Shown: in pieces, positions 37,884 through 50,478 of the stretch
Layout of the letters: every line of letters begins with the position of its first letter
Position numbering within the stretch: the stretch's first letter is position 1
Assembly: GCA_951406725.2 (NCBI GenBank)
Contig: OX597815.1
Coordinates: 180,482,001-180,546,000 of the forward strand
DNA length: 64,000 nt
Direction of reading: 5' to 3'
Source of the DNA: Octopus vulgaris
Lineage: Eukaryota
Made by a program: the position numbers and the translations under genes
The notes under the pieces: generated by a model
Told to the model about the DNA's origin: nothing
The model's database searches: none
The model's input: the letters and a program-made list of their open reading frames with translations, nothing else

Positions 37884-38315
37884 AAAGATTATTTGCCAAC
37901 ATAACATGGCAGTCCTGGTTTAAGGACGAATGTTGCTGTAATTTAGCCCCAGGAGACATCGTCTCCAGCTGGTTTTACAACACGATCTGTGTCCTTATTT
38001 CGAACAAGGGCATTTAGCACCCCCCACTCAGCTCAAAGCAATATCTGTGAATCGCGATTTCCAGGTTATTTCCCTGGAAATAAATCGAAAATCGCGATAC
38101 ACATATATTTTTTGAGAGCTGAGTTGGGGTGCTAAATGCCCTTGTTCGAAAATATAAGGACACGAATCATGTCGTATAGCTAGCTGGAGATGTCTCATGG
38201 GGATAAATTACAGCAACATTTGTCCTAAACCAGGAGTACCATACGTTGGTAAATAATCTTTAGAGTACTGTTGCCGAATATCTCTCGTTGAGGGATTTAC
38301 AAATAGTAATTTTCG
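37884..38315. mobile_element. Penelope-type foldback element, family F1 (inversion point inside HHR stem II)
   Basis: ~195-bp inverted arms; 13-bp TSD ataaaatcagtgt at 37871-37883 and 38316-38328. Confidence 0.8.
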
Positions 38316-38444
38316 ATAAAATCAGTGTTTATTAAAATATCGTATTTACTCGACTATGAAACGCCCTCGCCTATAAGAGGCACCGACTTACGAGGTTCAA
38401 ATCGGAAATTCTGTCATTGATCCGACCATAAGTCACAGCGACTT

Positions 38445-39388
38445 TTTCGATGTTGGAGAGCAGATTTCGTTTGAGATTGGAAAAGGCACTCGACAGGGTT
38501 GCATCCTGTCACCAGCAGCCTTCAACATGTATGCTGAAAAGGTCATGAGGAATTCAGGACTGGAGGATAGCAGCATTGGCGTGAAGATTGGAGGAAGAAA
38601 TATTAATAACCTTCGCTATGCAGATGATACAGCCCTACTGGCAGAAAATAATAAGGATATAGAGAATCTTACTCTGCTAGTCAAGAAAGAGAGTGAGAAA
38701 TTTGGGCTGTACCACAATGTCAAGAAAACGAAGATCATGTCAACAGCAGCCACAACAAACATCAGTATCAAGATCGATAATGAAGAGATCGAAGTGGTTG
38801 ATGATTTCATCTTCCTTGGCTCCAGAATAAATCGAGATCGTAACTGCACTCCAGAAATAAGACGGCGGATAGTACTAGGCAGAGAGGCGATGGTCAGCAT
38901 GAGCAAGGTCTGGAAGAGTAGAGACATCAACCTTGCTACCAAATGCAGAGTGGTGAATGCAATCGTCTTCCCAATAGCAACATATGGATGCAAGACCTGG
39001 ACACTAAAGAAAGCTGACTAGAAGAGAATTAATGCATATGAGCTTTGGTGTTGGAGAAGACTTTTCCGGATTCCATGGACAGCGAGGTTCACCAATGGAG
39101 AAGTTCTTAACCAGATCAAGACGAAACTGTCGCAAGAAGCTAGGATCACCAAGCATAGATAGGCATATTTTGGTTATATTATGCGGAGAAAATCCCTAGT
39201 GAAGGACATCATGCTCGGAATGGTCAGTGACGAGAGAGGAAGAGGCCGACCAAGAACCCGCTGGCTTGACACCATTAAGAGTGACACGGGAATGGCTATA
39301 ACCAATCTGAAAGAAGCGACCCAGGGTAGAACTGGCTGGAGAATACTGATCCATCGAGTAACCGAGAGTCGACTTCGACTGAGCGGAT
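38445..39388 (+). pseudogene. 5'-truncated RTE/BovB-like LINE reverse transcriptase
   Basis: GTRQGCILSP..FNMY, NNLRYADDT, FIFLGS, YGCKTWT, GRPRTRWLD; premature stop at 39019-39021. Confidence 0.95.
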
Positions 39389-39492
39389 TAAAGATTTTAT
39401 ATTGAGAGTATGTTGTCTATTGACTTTTTATACATGCTAGGCCACTGGTAGTGAAATTTCTAAAAAAAATTCACTACCCTATATATTTTTAC

Positions 39493-39541
<49 letters not shown>

Positions 39542-39626
39542 ATCCAAACAGAAAACACAAAAAAACACAACAACGCGAGGACGTGGAACAAATATAGTAT
39601 TATTGGACGCTCAGGAAAGAAGGAGG

Positions 39627-39661
39627 GTTTAACGTTTTGAGCGGAGCTCTTCGTCGGAAAC
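39627..39661 (-). ncRNA. Degenerate minimal hammerhead in (TA)n-embedded element (39538-39731)
   Basis: gttt CCGACGA a gagc-tcc-gctc AAAA cg TT aaac; same family as 44783-44819. Confidence 0.45.
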
Positions 39662-39728
39662 ATAGGAGAAGGAAAGATCCAGAGAAGGGAAGACAGAGGA
39701 AAAAAAATCGCCAACGGTACACACGAGG

Positions 39729-39787
<59 letters not shown>

Positions 39788-40014
39788 CAGGTAGTGTCTG
39801 TATAGAATACACTTTGTAGTGCTCAAGAGATTTAAACGTGAGCAGGTAGAGGATTAAATGTAAGGACAAGTTAGGCAAGTTGATATACAAAAAGCTATTA
39901 AACACATTTAATACAAAAAATGCACATATCTATATCATATTTTAAAAAAGTCCGATTTACACTGAATGGAAATGATAATCAGGAATTAAAGAGGTTGAGT
40001 AGGAGTTTTACGAG

Positions 40015-40105
40015 TCCAACGGCTGTTTCTGGGGGGTTGGTGGTCATAAATAATGATTGTAACTGGATTTCATCATCGGATAACACCAGCCTCCATCTTC
40101 AGGGA
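40015..40105 (-). ncRNA. Type I hammerhead with long stem II
   Basis: tcc CTGAAGA tggaggctggtg...caccaacccccca GAAA cagccg TT gga. Confidence 0.6.
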
Positions 40106-40546
40106 AGAATTTTACATTTGAGGTGTTGCTTGTCCTCACATTTACTCCCCTCCCCCCACATATACATAATTAACCTTCGCGCTGGGTCAAAAGGGATCAA
40201 CATCTTTCTGGTAAACATCCATGAATGCATGAAGAAATGAATCTATGAAGATAACCAATCCTATGCTCACGGATACCATGGACTACACTGTAATCATCCT
40301 AGGAATACGGAGTATGATCTTAAGAGACATTTGATTTGTGGAAACCCGTGTAGCGATGCATTAACATGTTTATAAATTCCGTCCAAGGATTGTTATTATC
40401 ATTATTATATTTATCCCACATTATATCGGTAGAGCTCAATGCAACCCCAAAAAACTGGTTCACCAGTCAGCATCGTTAGACTTTGGCGGGCGGAATGGAA
40501 TACGAGCTTTATTTGCATATTCAAAACGTTTCCTATAAACAAATTT

Positions 40547-40611
<65 letters not shown>

Positions 40612-40851
40612 GCACCTGTTTGTTGTTTATAATCTGTCTTCGTCTTTTGTAAATTCCAAGTATATATGTATATATATGTATATATATATATATTGTTATA
40701 TTTCGGAATGGTCATTTTGCCAGTTTAGCCAATAAAAACACACGCACTATATATTTGGTGTTATTTTGCAAAATGACCATTCCGAAATATAACAATATCT
40801 GTTTCAACACACGACTTCACATAAAAAAATTTGCACAACAAATATTTAAAC

Positions 40852-40884
<33 letters not shown>

Positions 40885-41095
40885 AAAAAAGCACACCCTC
40901 ACTTTTATCTTCACTTTCTGGAAAACCAAGATGTTTTGAAAAAACTTTTTAATAACCTGATATATGACTGTGTAATACTAATTGAACTCTTAGAAACCAA
41001 TATGTTATCTAAATTCTCATTTTTATAGAATTTTCCATGATGTTTCACGAGTGTAACATTACTCCTTTTGATGTTTGGGAATCTCGGATGTTTTT

Positions 41096-41180
41096 TCGGC
41101 TGATGAGTACGAGCCACCTATATTTACTGCAATTTTTGTAGCTTTATTAAAGATGTCCTCGTACGAAACAATTGTACCGA
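41096..41180 (+). ncRNA. Type I hammerhead ribozyme, canonical core
   Basis: tcgg CTGATGA gtacgag...ctcgtac GAAA caattg TA ccga: 7-bp stem II, palindromic stem III ACAATTGT, GUA site. Confidence 0.8.
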
Positions 41181-41358
41181 TATATTGATCCATTTTTGTT
41201 GCTTTTTTCCTACTTGTAATCACCCCACTTTGTCGTATGGTTAACAACATATAGATTTCCGGTGCATCCTAGTTAAGGACCATATTCATGTGAATTCATT
41301 AGAACTCACTTGAAGCTCAATGCTTAAACCGTATATATATATATATATATATAATATA

Positions 41359-41660
41359 CGTGGAGGCACAATGGCCCAGTGGTTAGGGCAACGGACTCGC
41401 GGTTTCGATTCCCAGATCGGGCGTTGTGAGTGTTTATTGAGCGAAAACTCCTAAAGCTCCACGAGGCTCTGGCAGGGGGTGGTGGCGATCCCTGCTGTAC
41501 TCTTTCGCCACAACTTTCTCTCACTCTTTGTTCTGTTGGCTTGCTCGCTTAGCCAGCGGGGGGTGGCGTCATTTCAAGGCTAAAACAATGCGAAGCACAT
41601 TGTGACCAGCGATGTGTAACAACATCTGATAGCCTGGTCGGTCACGGTGATCACGGTGAT
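41359..41660 (+). mobile_element. Group C SINE with a third tail type
   Basis: gtggaggcacaatggcccagtggttaggg head; tail ends ggtcacggtgatcacggtgat. Confidence 0.75.
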
Positions 41661-42209
41661 ATATTATATAGACGACGGGCTTCTTTCTGTTTCCGTCTAC
41701 CAAATCCAGACACAGGGCTTTGGTCTGTCTGATGCTATAGTAAAAGACACTTGCCCAAAGTACGACGTAGTTGGGAGGCAAACTTCATATCTCATAGCCA
41801 TGATAAACTATTTAAACTTATTTTAAATGTCATAAGCTAGGTTGATGCAGGAGTTTCACAGCAACACTGAAATGATTGGCAAGCGATGTTTAATCGATTT
41901 TTTACGAAGAATGTCTTAATTTTGTTGACTTTGTATTTTATACAAACAAAACAAACGATATTTAAACTTACTGTATATAATTTTTCTTCTGTAACATCCC
42001 CGCAGGACATGTGTCGTTTGATCTAAAATGAAAACAAGCTGGAGATATAAAATATTGTTTTAAAAGATACGATGTCAAACTTTGACGTCAAAGTTTATGA
42101 AAATAGCACAAAATTTTATGCCGAAGAGACATTCGTTTGAAATTCTAAGATTTTCTCCCTCATGTCAATAATTACCATACCCAATAAACATTTTAGACTT
42201 TAACTTATG

Positions 42210-42515
42210 TGAAGGCGCGTGGCTTACTAGTTAGGAGTGTTCGGCTTACGATTGTAAGGTCAGGAGTTCGATTCCCGGCGAAGCGTTGTGTTCTTGAGCA
42301 AGAGACTTTATTTTACATTACTCCAGTCAACTCAGCTGGCAATTATGTATAGGACCTGTAATTCAAAGGGCCAGTCTTGTCACACTGAATCTCCCTAAGA
42401 ACTACGTTAAGTGTACGCGTATCTATGGGGTATTCAGCCACTTGTACGTCAATTTCACGAGTTCCGTTGATTGGATCAACTGGAACGAGCATCGTCGCAA
42501 CTGACGGAGTGCCAT
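42210..42515 (+). mobile_element. Group C SINE
   Basis: tRNA head, CORE-like domain, gacggagtgc tail. Confidence 0.75.
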
Positions 42516-43252
42516 TTTTTCCTTTCTTTCTTTCTAAGCTTAACTTATCCAGTGAATATAAGAAGTATTGAGGGATTGAGTGTAATAAAATTCTCAAGCG
42601 CTGATTCCAAGCAATCCCTGTTTAATGGAACTGGTAAAGCCGACGCCCTTAATCTAATGCGAGGTTCGGGGATAACACTGCTCCTGTGGTTCGCTTACAA
42701 AACAGCAAGTGTTCGCATCGTAGTTCGATTCCCAGCTGGAACTATTTTTCTTTCTTTACAGTGGATATGCCTCGAGAAAAGATCAGAAATAACAGAAATA
42801 CCATTCCACTGAAAATCCAAAGTTTAAAGCCTACCAAACATACACACACACACACACAGAGAGGCTATCTTTTACCCGTTTCAGTCATTAGATTACGGCC
42901 ATGCGAGTGACCATGATTCTCTACGTCCTCAAACTGTGTAGACACTTGTCCACTCTATGTAAGTGTGTGTGGAGAGAGAGAGAGAGATGGAAAGTTGTGT
43001 TTATATGTTTTGCTGGCGGATCGATAAATATATATGGGCAAAATAAGTCCTGGGATCGATATGACCGACCAAACCACTGCAGCGAATCACGTAGCCCAGC
43101 TGCAGAAGTCCAGTAAAGGAAACCACGTACAACTCGACGAGGCTTTTCGCTCCAACTTCAAAGGCTTCCATCAAAGCTCGCTTAAAGATATTCGATGAAA
43201 CTGATATCCTGCTTGATGGAGATTATGGAGTTGTGTATCTTTTGAACCACAT

Positions 43253-43752
43253 ATTGGTTCCCAACCCTTTTATTTAAAGGAGTTTTTCCCACGGACCACT
43301 GTTAACATGCTTATCCTTTTAAGGCGGCGAGCTGGCAGAAACGATAGCACGCTGGGCGAAATGCTTAGCGGTATTTCGTCTGCCGCTACGTTCTGAGTTC
43401 AAATTCTGCCGAGGTCGACTTTGCCTTTCATCCTTTCGGGGTCGATTATATAAGTACCAGTTGCATACTAAGGTCAATCTAATTGACTGGCCTCTTCCCT
43501 AAAAATTTCGGGCCTTGTGCCTAGAGTAGAAAAGAATATGCTTATCCTTATATAAATATATATATTCTTTTACTTGTTTCAGTCATTTGAATGCAGCCAT
43601 GCTGGAGCACCGCCTTTTGTCGAACAAATCGACCCCAGGACATTCTTTGTAAGCTTAGTACTTATTCTATCGGTCTCTTTTTCCGGACCACTAAGTTACG
43701 GGGGTCATAAACACTAGCATCGGTTGTCAAGCGATGGTGGGGAGGATAAACA

Positions 43753-43785
<33 letters not shown>

Positions 43786-43790
43786 CTCAC

Positions 43791-43844
<54 letters not shown>

Positions 43845-44111
43845 GATGAGCTTTCAGTTTCCGTCTACCAAATCCACTCACAAGACTTTGGTCGGCCCGA
43901 GGATATAGAAGACACTTGCCCAAGACGTCACGCAGTGGGACAGAACCCAGAACCATGTGGTTGGTAAGCAAGCTACTTACCACACTGCTACTCCTGCCGC
44001 CTGTAGCCACTCCTGCGCCTATATATGAAATTTTGAATTTAGTTTACAGACCCCTAGCACTACCATTGCGGACCACCAGGGGTCTGCACACCACCAGGTT
44101 GGGAACCACTG
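43253..44111. mobile_element. hAT-type MITE interrupted by group B (43322-43536) and group A (43565-44020) SINEs
   Basis: tggttcccaacc...ggttgggaaccactg termini; SINE TSD atgcttatcctt. Confidence 0.7.
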
Positions 44112-44782
44112 GAATAGTGTAATGCATCAGTGTAATAATGACTTCAAATTTTGGCACAAGGCCAGCAATTTCGGGAGAGGGTTAAGTCGATAACACCAGG
44201 CCCCAGTAGTCAACTGGTACTTATTTTATCGACTCCGAAAGGATATAAGGCAAAGTCAACCTCGGTGGAATTCTCATCAAACTTTTGTCTAAAAGCGACA
44301 TCTTATAAATTGAATTTCGTATGAAATATATTTCGCTAGTATAAACTGATTCAAAGACAGCGAGCTGGCAGAATCGATAGCACACAGGGAAAAAACGCTT
44401 GGCAGCATTTCGTCCGTCTTTGCGTTCCGAGTTCAAATTCCATCGAGATTGACTTTGCCTTTTATCCTTTAGGGGGTCAATAAAATGAATATCAGTTGGT
44501 GTACTGGAGCCGATGTTACTGACTTACTCTTGCCCTGAAATTATTGGCCTTGTGATAAAATTAGAAACGGTTATTAACCGATTCATTAAGCAAGAATTCT
44601 TTTTCACAAAACTTTCTCACACCTGGCTGAAGCATCTTAATATATATTTCACTAGTAAATATTTTAAGATATATATATGTACATTTTACACACACTCACA
44701 CACACTATATATATATAATCAGCCACGTAACCACACACGTGCTGTTCGGTGATATTTTTCCTCCTTTGGACTTCTCCATTTT

Positions 44783-44819
44783 CTTTTCTGACGAAGAGCT
44801 CTGCTCGAAACGTCAAAAG
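44783..44819 (+). ncRNA. Minimal type I hammerhead ribozyme, canonical core
   Basis: ctttt CTGACGA a gagc-tct-gctc GAAA cg TC aaaag; GUC site. Confidence 0.8.
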
Positions 44820-45384
44820 CCTTTTTTCCCCCCACTGTTACCGAACGTCGAATCAATACATTCCATGTGCACGTCCACTTGTTTTGTTATTTTTGATGTG
44901 TTCCCCCACCACCGATTGATAACCGGTGTTGGTGTGTTTACGTTTCCGTAACTTAGTGATTCGGCAATACAGATCGATACAATAAGTGCCAAGCTTTACA
45001 AAAAACAATTAGTCCTGGACTCGATTCGTTCGACTAAAATCCTTCAATGCGGTGCCCCAGCATGGCCATAGTCTAATAGCTGAAACAAAAGATAAAAGAA
45101 CTGCAGAATCGTTGATGTCTCCTTTGTCTTATTTTTCCAGGAATCGATAAAATGAAATATCAATCAGATACAGGGGTCGATCGTCTAAAATAGATTGCAC
45201 ACAAGGACCAACATATAACAAGCATTTTTAAACTGCTCGAGTCCCTTTTGCCTATCTTAAAGTTCACTTTTTCAGGTTTTCTGTACATATTTTCTATAGA
45301 GATTTTAACCAGAACTGATTTGTTACGACGCTTCCTATCCGAACACGTCTAATGTAAGCCATGCGATCAAAGATGGTAAAATCG

Positions 45385-45893
45385 TGGCACCCCGTCGGTT
45401 ACGACGACGAGGGTTCCAGTTGATCCGATCAACGGAACAGCCTGCTCGTGAAATTAACGTGCAAGTGGCTGAGCACTCCACAGACACGTGTAGCCTTAAC
45501 GTAGTTCTCAGGGAGATTCAGCGTGACACAGAGTGTGACAAGGATGGTCCCTTTGAAATACAGGTACAACAGAATCAGGAAGAAAGAGTGAGAGGAAGTT
45601 GTGGTGAAAGAGTACAGCAGGGTTCGCCCCCCCCCCTGCCGGAGCCTCGTGGAGGTTTAGGTGTTTTCGCTCAATTAACACTCACAACGTAGTTCTCGGG
45701 GAGATTCAGCGTTACACAGTGTGACAAGGCCGGCCCTTTGAAATACAGATACTACTCATTTTTGCCAGCTGAGTGGACTGGAGCAATGTGAAATAAAGTG
45801 TCTTGCTCAAAGACATAACGGGTCACCGGGAATTGAACTCACGACCGTACAATCGTGAGCGGAATGCCCTAACCACTAAGCCACGCGCCTTCA
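45385..45893 (-). mobile_element. Chimeric/dimeric group C SINE
   Basis: One head and body switch at ~45688 into the body and tail of the other subfamily. Confidence 0.75.
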
Positions 45894-46039
45894 CCCCCCT
45901 TCTTCAACACCACATCCAACCCACCAAACCCCTACGAACTCATTGCTTAAACAACCACTAAATATTGCTGGGTAACGCTATTGGATCGACCAGTTTTGCA
46001 TTTTAAAAACACGGTCATGCTAGCTGGTACTCTTTTACA

Positions 46040-46218
46040 CGCTTCAGTCATGCTGGAGCACCGCGTTTAGTCGAAGATATTGACCCCAGGAGTTATTCTT
46101 TGTAAGCCAAGTACTTATTCTATCAGTGTCTTTTGCCGAACAGCCAAGTTTCGGGGACATAAAAACACCAACATCTGTTGTCAAGTGATGGTGGGGCGAC
46201 AAACAGACACAAAGACAG

Positions 46219-46249
<31 letters not shown>

Positions 46250-46412
46250 AATACGACGGGCTTCTTTCAGTTTCCGTCAACCAAACTCACTCAGAAGGCT
46301 TCAGTCGGTCCGAGGCTATAGTAGAAAACACCCAAGGTGCCACGCAATGGAACTGAACCCGGAACCATGTGGTTGGGTAGCAAGCTTCTTACCACACAGC
46401 CGCGCCTGCGCC
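46040..46412 (-). mobile_element. Group A SINE
   Basis: Family motifs. Confidence 0.8.
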
Positions 46413-47323
46413 TCATATTTTTCCGTCTTCGATCGTATTGTTGTTTACATTAGACGTATTTCGGCACAAAACGTCCTAACAAATCTGTGCTGGTTATAAT
46501 TTCTATAGAAAAATCTATAGAGATGACCTTAATAACTGATTTAATAACACTGCTAACACGGCAGGACACCCTATTGACTTATAAAGCGTTTAATATACCT
46601 CGTATTATGTTATGGTTGCGTAACGAAGTATGGTGTCCCTACCAGTAATTAATCTTAAAGTTTATGCATAAACTACCAGCTGACTTCAGAAAGCAAGAAA
46701 GGAAATTCAAAAGGTTTTTGTATTCCATTTTTTCTTCTTTTGCAAAATGTTTTTTTTTTATAATTTTTAATTTGCATCCGATATTCTGTTCTAATCCTTG
46801 ACATTTAGGAATGAACCGAGCACAAACGTTCTTTATGCGTCTCCTGTCAGAAATTTTCTGCAAATTGTGCTAACCCTAGTTTTATTCTTACAAAACGTTT
46901 CCTTGTATAACAAATTCAAAGACTGGAAAGTCATAATTTGAGAATTAATAGTATGTATGTATGTATGTATGTATGTATGTATGTATGAGAGAGAGGGAGA
47001 GAGAGAGAATTTAAACGACACAGAATGTCTAAAAGTGTTTTTTTTTTACACAGATTTTCCCTGTCACTAATCCCTATGCCCGTTCCACGACATCGATTAT
47101 CTATTATGAATATTCATCATTCAGAAAACATCGAACAACTTTTTTTTTATCATCATTGAATATATTTTCCTATCAGTCGCTCTTATTTCGAAAGAGGGCG
47201 CTCCACTACGCCAGCTCGACTTGGATCAAGAAAATTTCTTGGAAAGAATTACAAGGAGATAACGATGCGATCAGTTGAAAACCCTAAATACATGAACACG
47301 TGAATAAGTTATAAAGCATCACT

Positions 47324-47517
47324 TCCGTGAAGGATTTCTTCGTCTCGAAGAACAAGAATTGGTCTCAGTGTGGGATCAAAGAACTCACAGGAAGGTGGAT
47401 TTAGACGGTGCAACACGATGGCGTCTTCTTCGAATTCGAGGCCGCTTTTGTTGTAAATTAACGAATAATGGAAATAAACAACAAAAATATTGCAAAACTT
47501 TTGACTCAATACAATAT
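47324..47517 (+). pseudogene. mariner transposase C-terminal remnant and right end
   Basis: SVKDFFVSKNKNWSQCGIKELTGRWI*TVQHDGVFFE matches the mariner GIxxLxxRWxxxxxxxGxYF motif; caaaacttttgactcaa..ata TIR-like end. Confidence 0.7.
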
Positions 47518-47609
47518 TAACGACAGAGATTTAAGACTCCGTCTGTTATAATCCTGTTCCCATCGAGGCACTGGCGCAGTTTGCCAAATCGAGATTCCCG
47601 GTAATAGCC

Positions 47610-47845
47610 TTTTATTCTTTTACACATTTCAGTTATCTGACTGCAGCCATGCTGGAGCACCGCATTTAGCCGAACAATTCGCCCCCAGGACATATTCTTT
47701 GTAAGCCTAGTATTAAGTCTATCGGTTTCTTTGCCGAGCCGATAAATTTCGGGAACATTAACACACCAACATCGGTTGTCAAGCGATGGTGGGATGGACA
47801 AACACAAACATAAAGACACACACATAAATGTATATACATACATAT

Positions 47846-47907
<62 letters not shown>

Positions 47908-48165
47908 GTGGCATCGTCCGTTTTTCTATCCTTGTTTCGTATACATTCGATCCTTTTTCCAAGAAATCTAATGCTCGTAGCTTAGCTTTTCCTTGGGGCT
48001 GGCCGGATCCGAGCGATCTCAAGATTAATCTGCCGAAATTACGAGGATGATCCGGTTCTTGACTGAAGATTAGAGGCTTCGAATGACCCGTCCGTTTTTT
48101 GTGTCGTCTCTGAGTGTTTTGCGTTCTTGTCCCAATTTGTATTTTTATATATATTTTTTATACAT

Positions 48166-48220
<55 letters not shown>

Positions 48221-48395
48221 TATATATACACACGAAGGGTTTCTTTTAGTTTCCGTCTACCAAATCCACTCACAAGGCTTTATTCGGTCCGAGGCTATAG
48301 TAGAAGATACTTGCCCAAGATGTCACGTAGTGGGACTGAACCCAGAACCATGTGGTTAGGAAGCAAATTTCTTACCACACAGCCACGCCTGCGTC
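47610..48395 (-). mobile_element. Group A SINE whose central (TA)n hosts a structured element (~47905-48145)
   Basis: SINE halves on both sides of the insert. Confidence 0.8.
47943..48085 (+). ncRNA. Structured RNA motif with rearranged hammerhead core elements (copy A)
   Basis: gcgaTC tcaaga ttaa tctgcc GAAA ttac ... tcttga CTGAAGA; homologous to 55102-55248. Confidence 0.5.
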
Positions 48396-48597
48396 TACAT
48401 GGAATATTAAGAGGATCATCGAGTAACACAAAACTCACCAAATGCAGGAGGCTGTTTACAATTCTAAAGTCTATTAGACAATTCATTCTCTCTGTTTTTC
48501 TACCCCCACCCAACTATGCACATCACTTCTAAGTGGTTTTCTGTAATTACGTACTATTTTAGTAATACTTTTTAAAGCCTTAAATCTGTGAAGAGGA

Positions 48598-49138
48598 GTA
48601 AGTCGATCACATCGATCTCAGTACACAACTGGTACTTAATTTATCGACCCCCGAAAGGATGAAAGGCAAAGTCGACATCGGTGGAATTTGAACTCGTAAC
48701 GTAGCGACGGTCGAAATACCTATTTCTTTATTACCCACAAGGGCCCAAACATAGAGGGGACAAACAAGGACAGACATAGGTATTAAGTCGATTACATCGA
48801 CCCCAGTGCGTAACTGGTACTTAATTTATCGACTCCCGAAAGGATGAAAGGCAAAGTCGACATCGGTGGAACTTGAACTCATAACGTAGCGACGGTTGAA
48901 ATACCTATTTCTTTATTACCCACAAGGGGACAAACATAGAGGGGACAAACAAGGACAGACATAGGTATTAAGTCGATTACATCGACCCCAGTGCGTAACT
49001 GGTACTTAATTTATCGACCCCGAAAGGATGAAAGGCAAAGTCGACATCGGTGGAATTTGAACTCATAACGTAGCGACGGTCGAAATACCTCTAAGCATTT
49101 CGCCCGACGTGCTAGCATTTCTGTCAGCTTGCTGCCTT
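48598..49138 (-). mobile_element. Group B SINE, three tandem units
   Basis: Family motifs. Confidence 0.85.
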
Positions 49139-49812
49139 AAAAGGATAAGCATGTTAACAGTGGTCCGTCGGAAAAACACCTTTAAATAAAAGGGTTGGGA
49201 ACCAATATGTGGTTCAAAAGATACACAACTCCATAATCTCCATCAAGCAGGATATCAGTTTCATCAAATATCTTTGAGCGAGCTTTGATGGAAGCCTTTG
49301 AAGTGGGAGTGAAAAGCCTCGTCGAGTTGTACGTGGTTTCCTTCACTGGACTTCTGCAGCTGGGCTACGTGATTCGCTGCAGTGGTTTGGTCGGTCATAT
49401 CAAATGCTTTAAACATTATGAAATATAACTAAGTATCTGTAATAGCTTTACTTGTTTCAGTTATTGGACTGCGGCCATGCTGGGACATCGCCTTGAAGAA
49501 TTTTTAGTCGAATTAACCAACTCCAATACTTTTTATTTTCTTTTTCGCTTTTGCCGAACTGCTAAGTTACGACGACGTAAACTCACCAACACCGGTTGTC
49601 AATCGGTGATGAGGACAAACAGACCCAAAGACACACATATGTGCATATTTATATTCAACGGGCTTCTTACAGTTTCCGTCTACCAAATCCACTCACAAGG
49701 CTTTCATCGGCTCGAAGCTCTAGACGATGACACCAGCCCAAAGTGCCAAGCAGAGGGATTGAATCCGGAACCAAGTGGTTGGGTTATATTATGGTTATAT
49801 TATAAAAACAAA

Positions 49813-50154
49813 CAATTGCAGCGTGGAAGGTGTTTATAAGCCATTTAAGAAGCACACAAAACCGTTAGATTCACTTCTACATTTAAATTTAATTTGTCAA
49901 AATATTTTCTTCGCTTTGGGACCGCGATCTGTTCACTGACAAAATTCCGTGCTGCACTGAATTTTGTCAGTGGATAGGTCGCTGTCTCAAAACGACGAAA
50001 ATATTTTGACAAATTAAATTTAAATGTTGAAGTGAATCTAACGGATTTTGTGTGCTTCTTAAATGGCTTATAAACACCGTCCACGCTTCAATTGTTTTCG
50101 TTCCAGCACACGATCTCAGATCAGGTCACTTGCTATGCAAGTACATCTCCGTAA
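49813..50154. mobile_element. Penelope-type foldback element with G3:C8 hammerhead variant in each arm
   Basis: ~140-bp inverted arms, right arm longer; TSD tataaaaacaaa at 49801-49812 and 50155-50166; motifs at 49894-49942(-) and 49964-50012(+). Confidence 0.75.
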
Positions 50155-50478
50155 TATAAAAACAAATATTATTGTCTAAATCTCTCATACAATTATTTTA
50201 TATTTACAATATTTTTCTAATTCTAAGAGCAAAAAGTTGTGATATTAGCTAACGATGGCAGAATGGTTAGCGCATTGGACAAAATTCTCAGCGACATCTC
50301 ATCATTTACGTTCTTAGTTCAAAATCAGCCGTGGTCGACTTTTTTCTTTCATCCCTTCGGGTCGTTAAAATAAGTACCAGTGGAGTACTGCGGTCGATGT
50401 AATCGACTTTCCCTCTGCCCCGCATCTCCTCCTTTATTAGGAATCTTAAATCTATGAGTCAGCGACGTACCTCTAGAC

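Noticed and set aside
43061-43198. 45-codon ORF in the inverted duplication
   Set aside because: Short, no splice signals or homology; conservation is explained by recent duplication.
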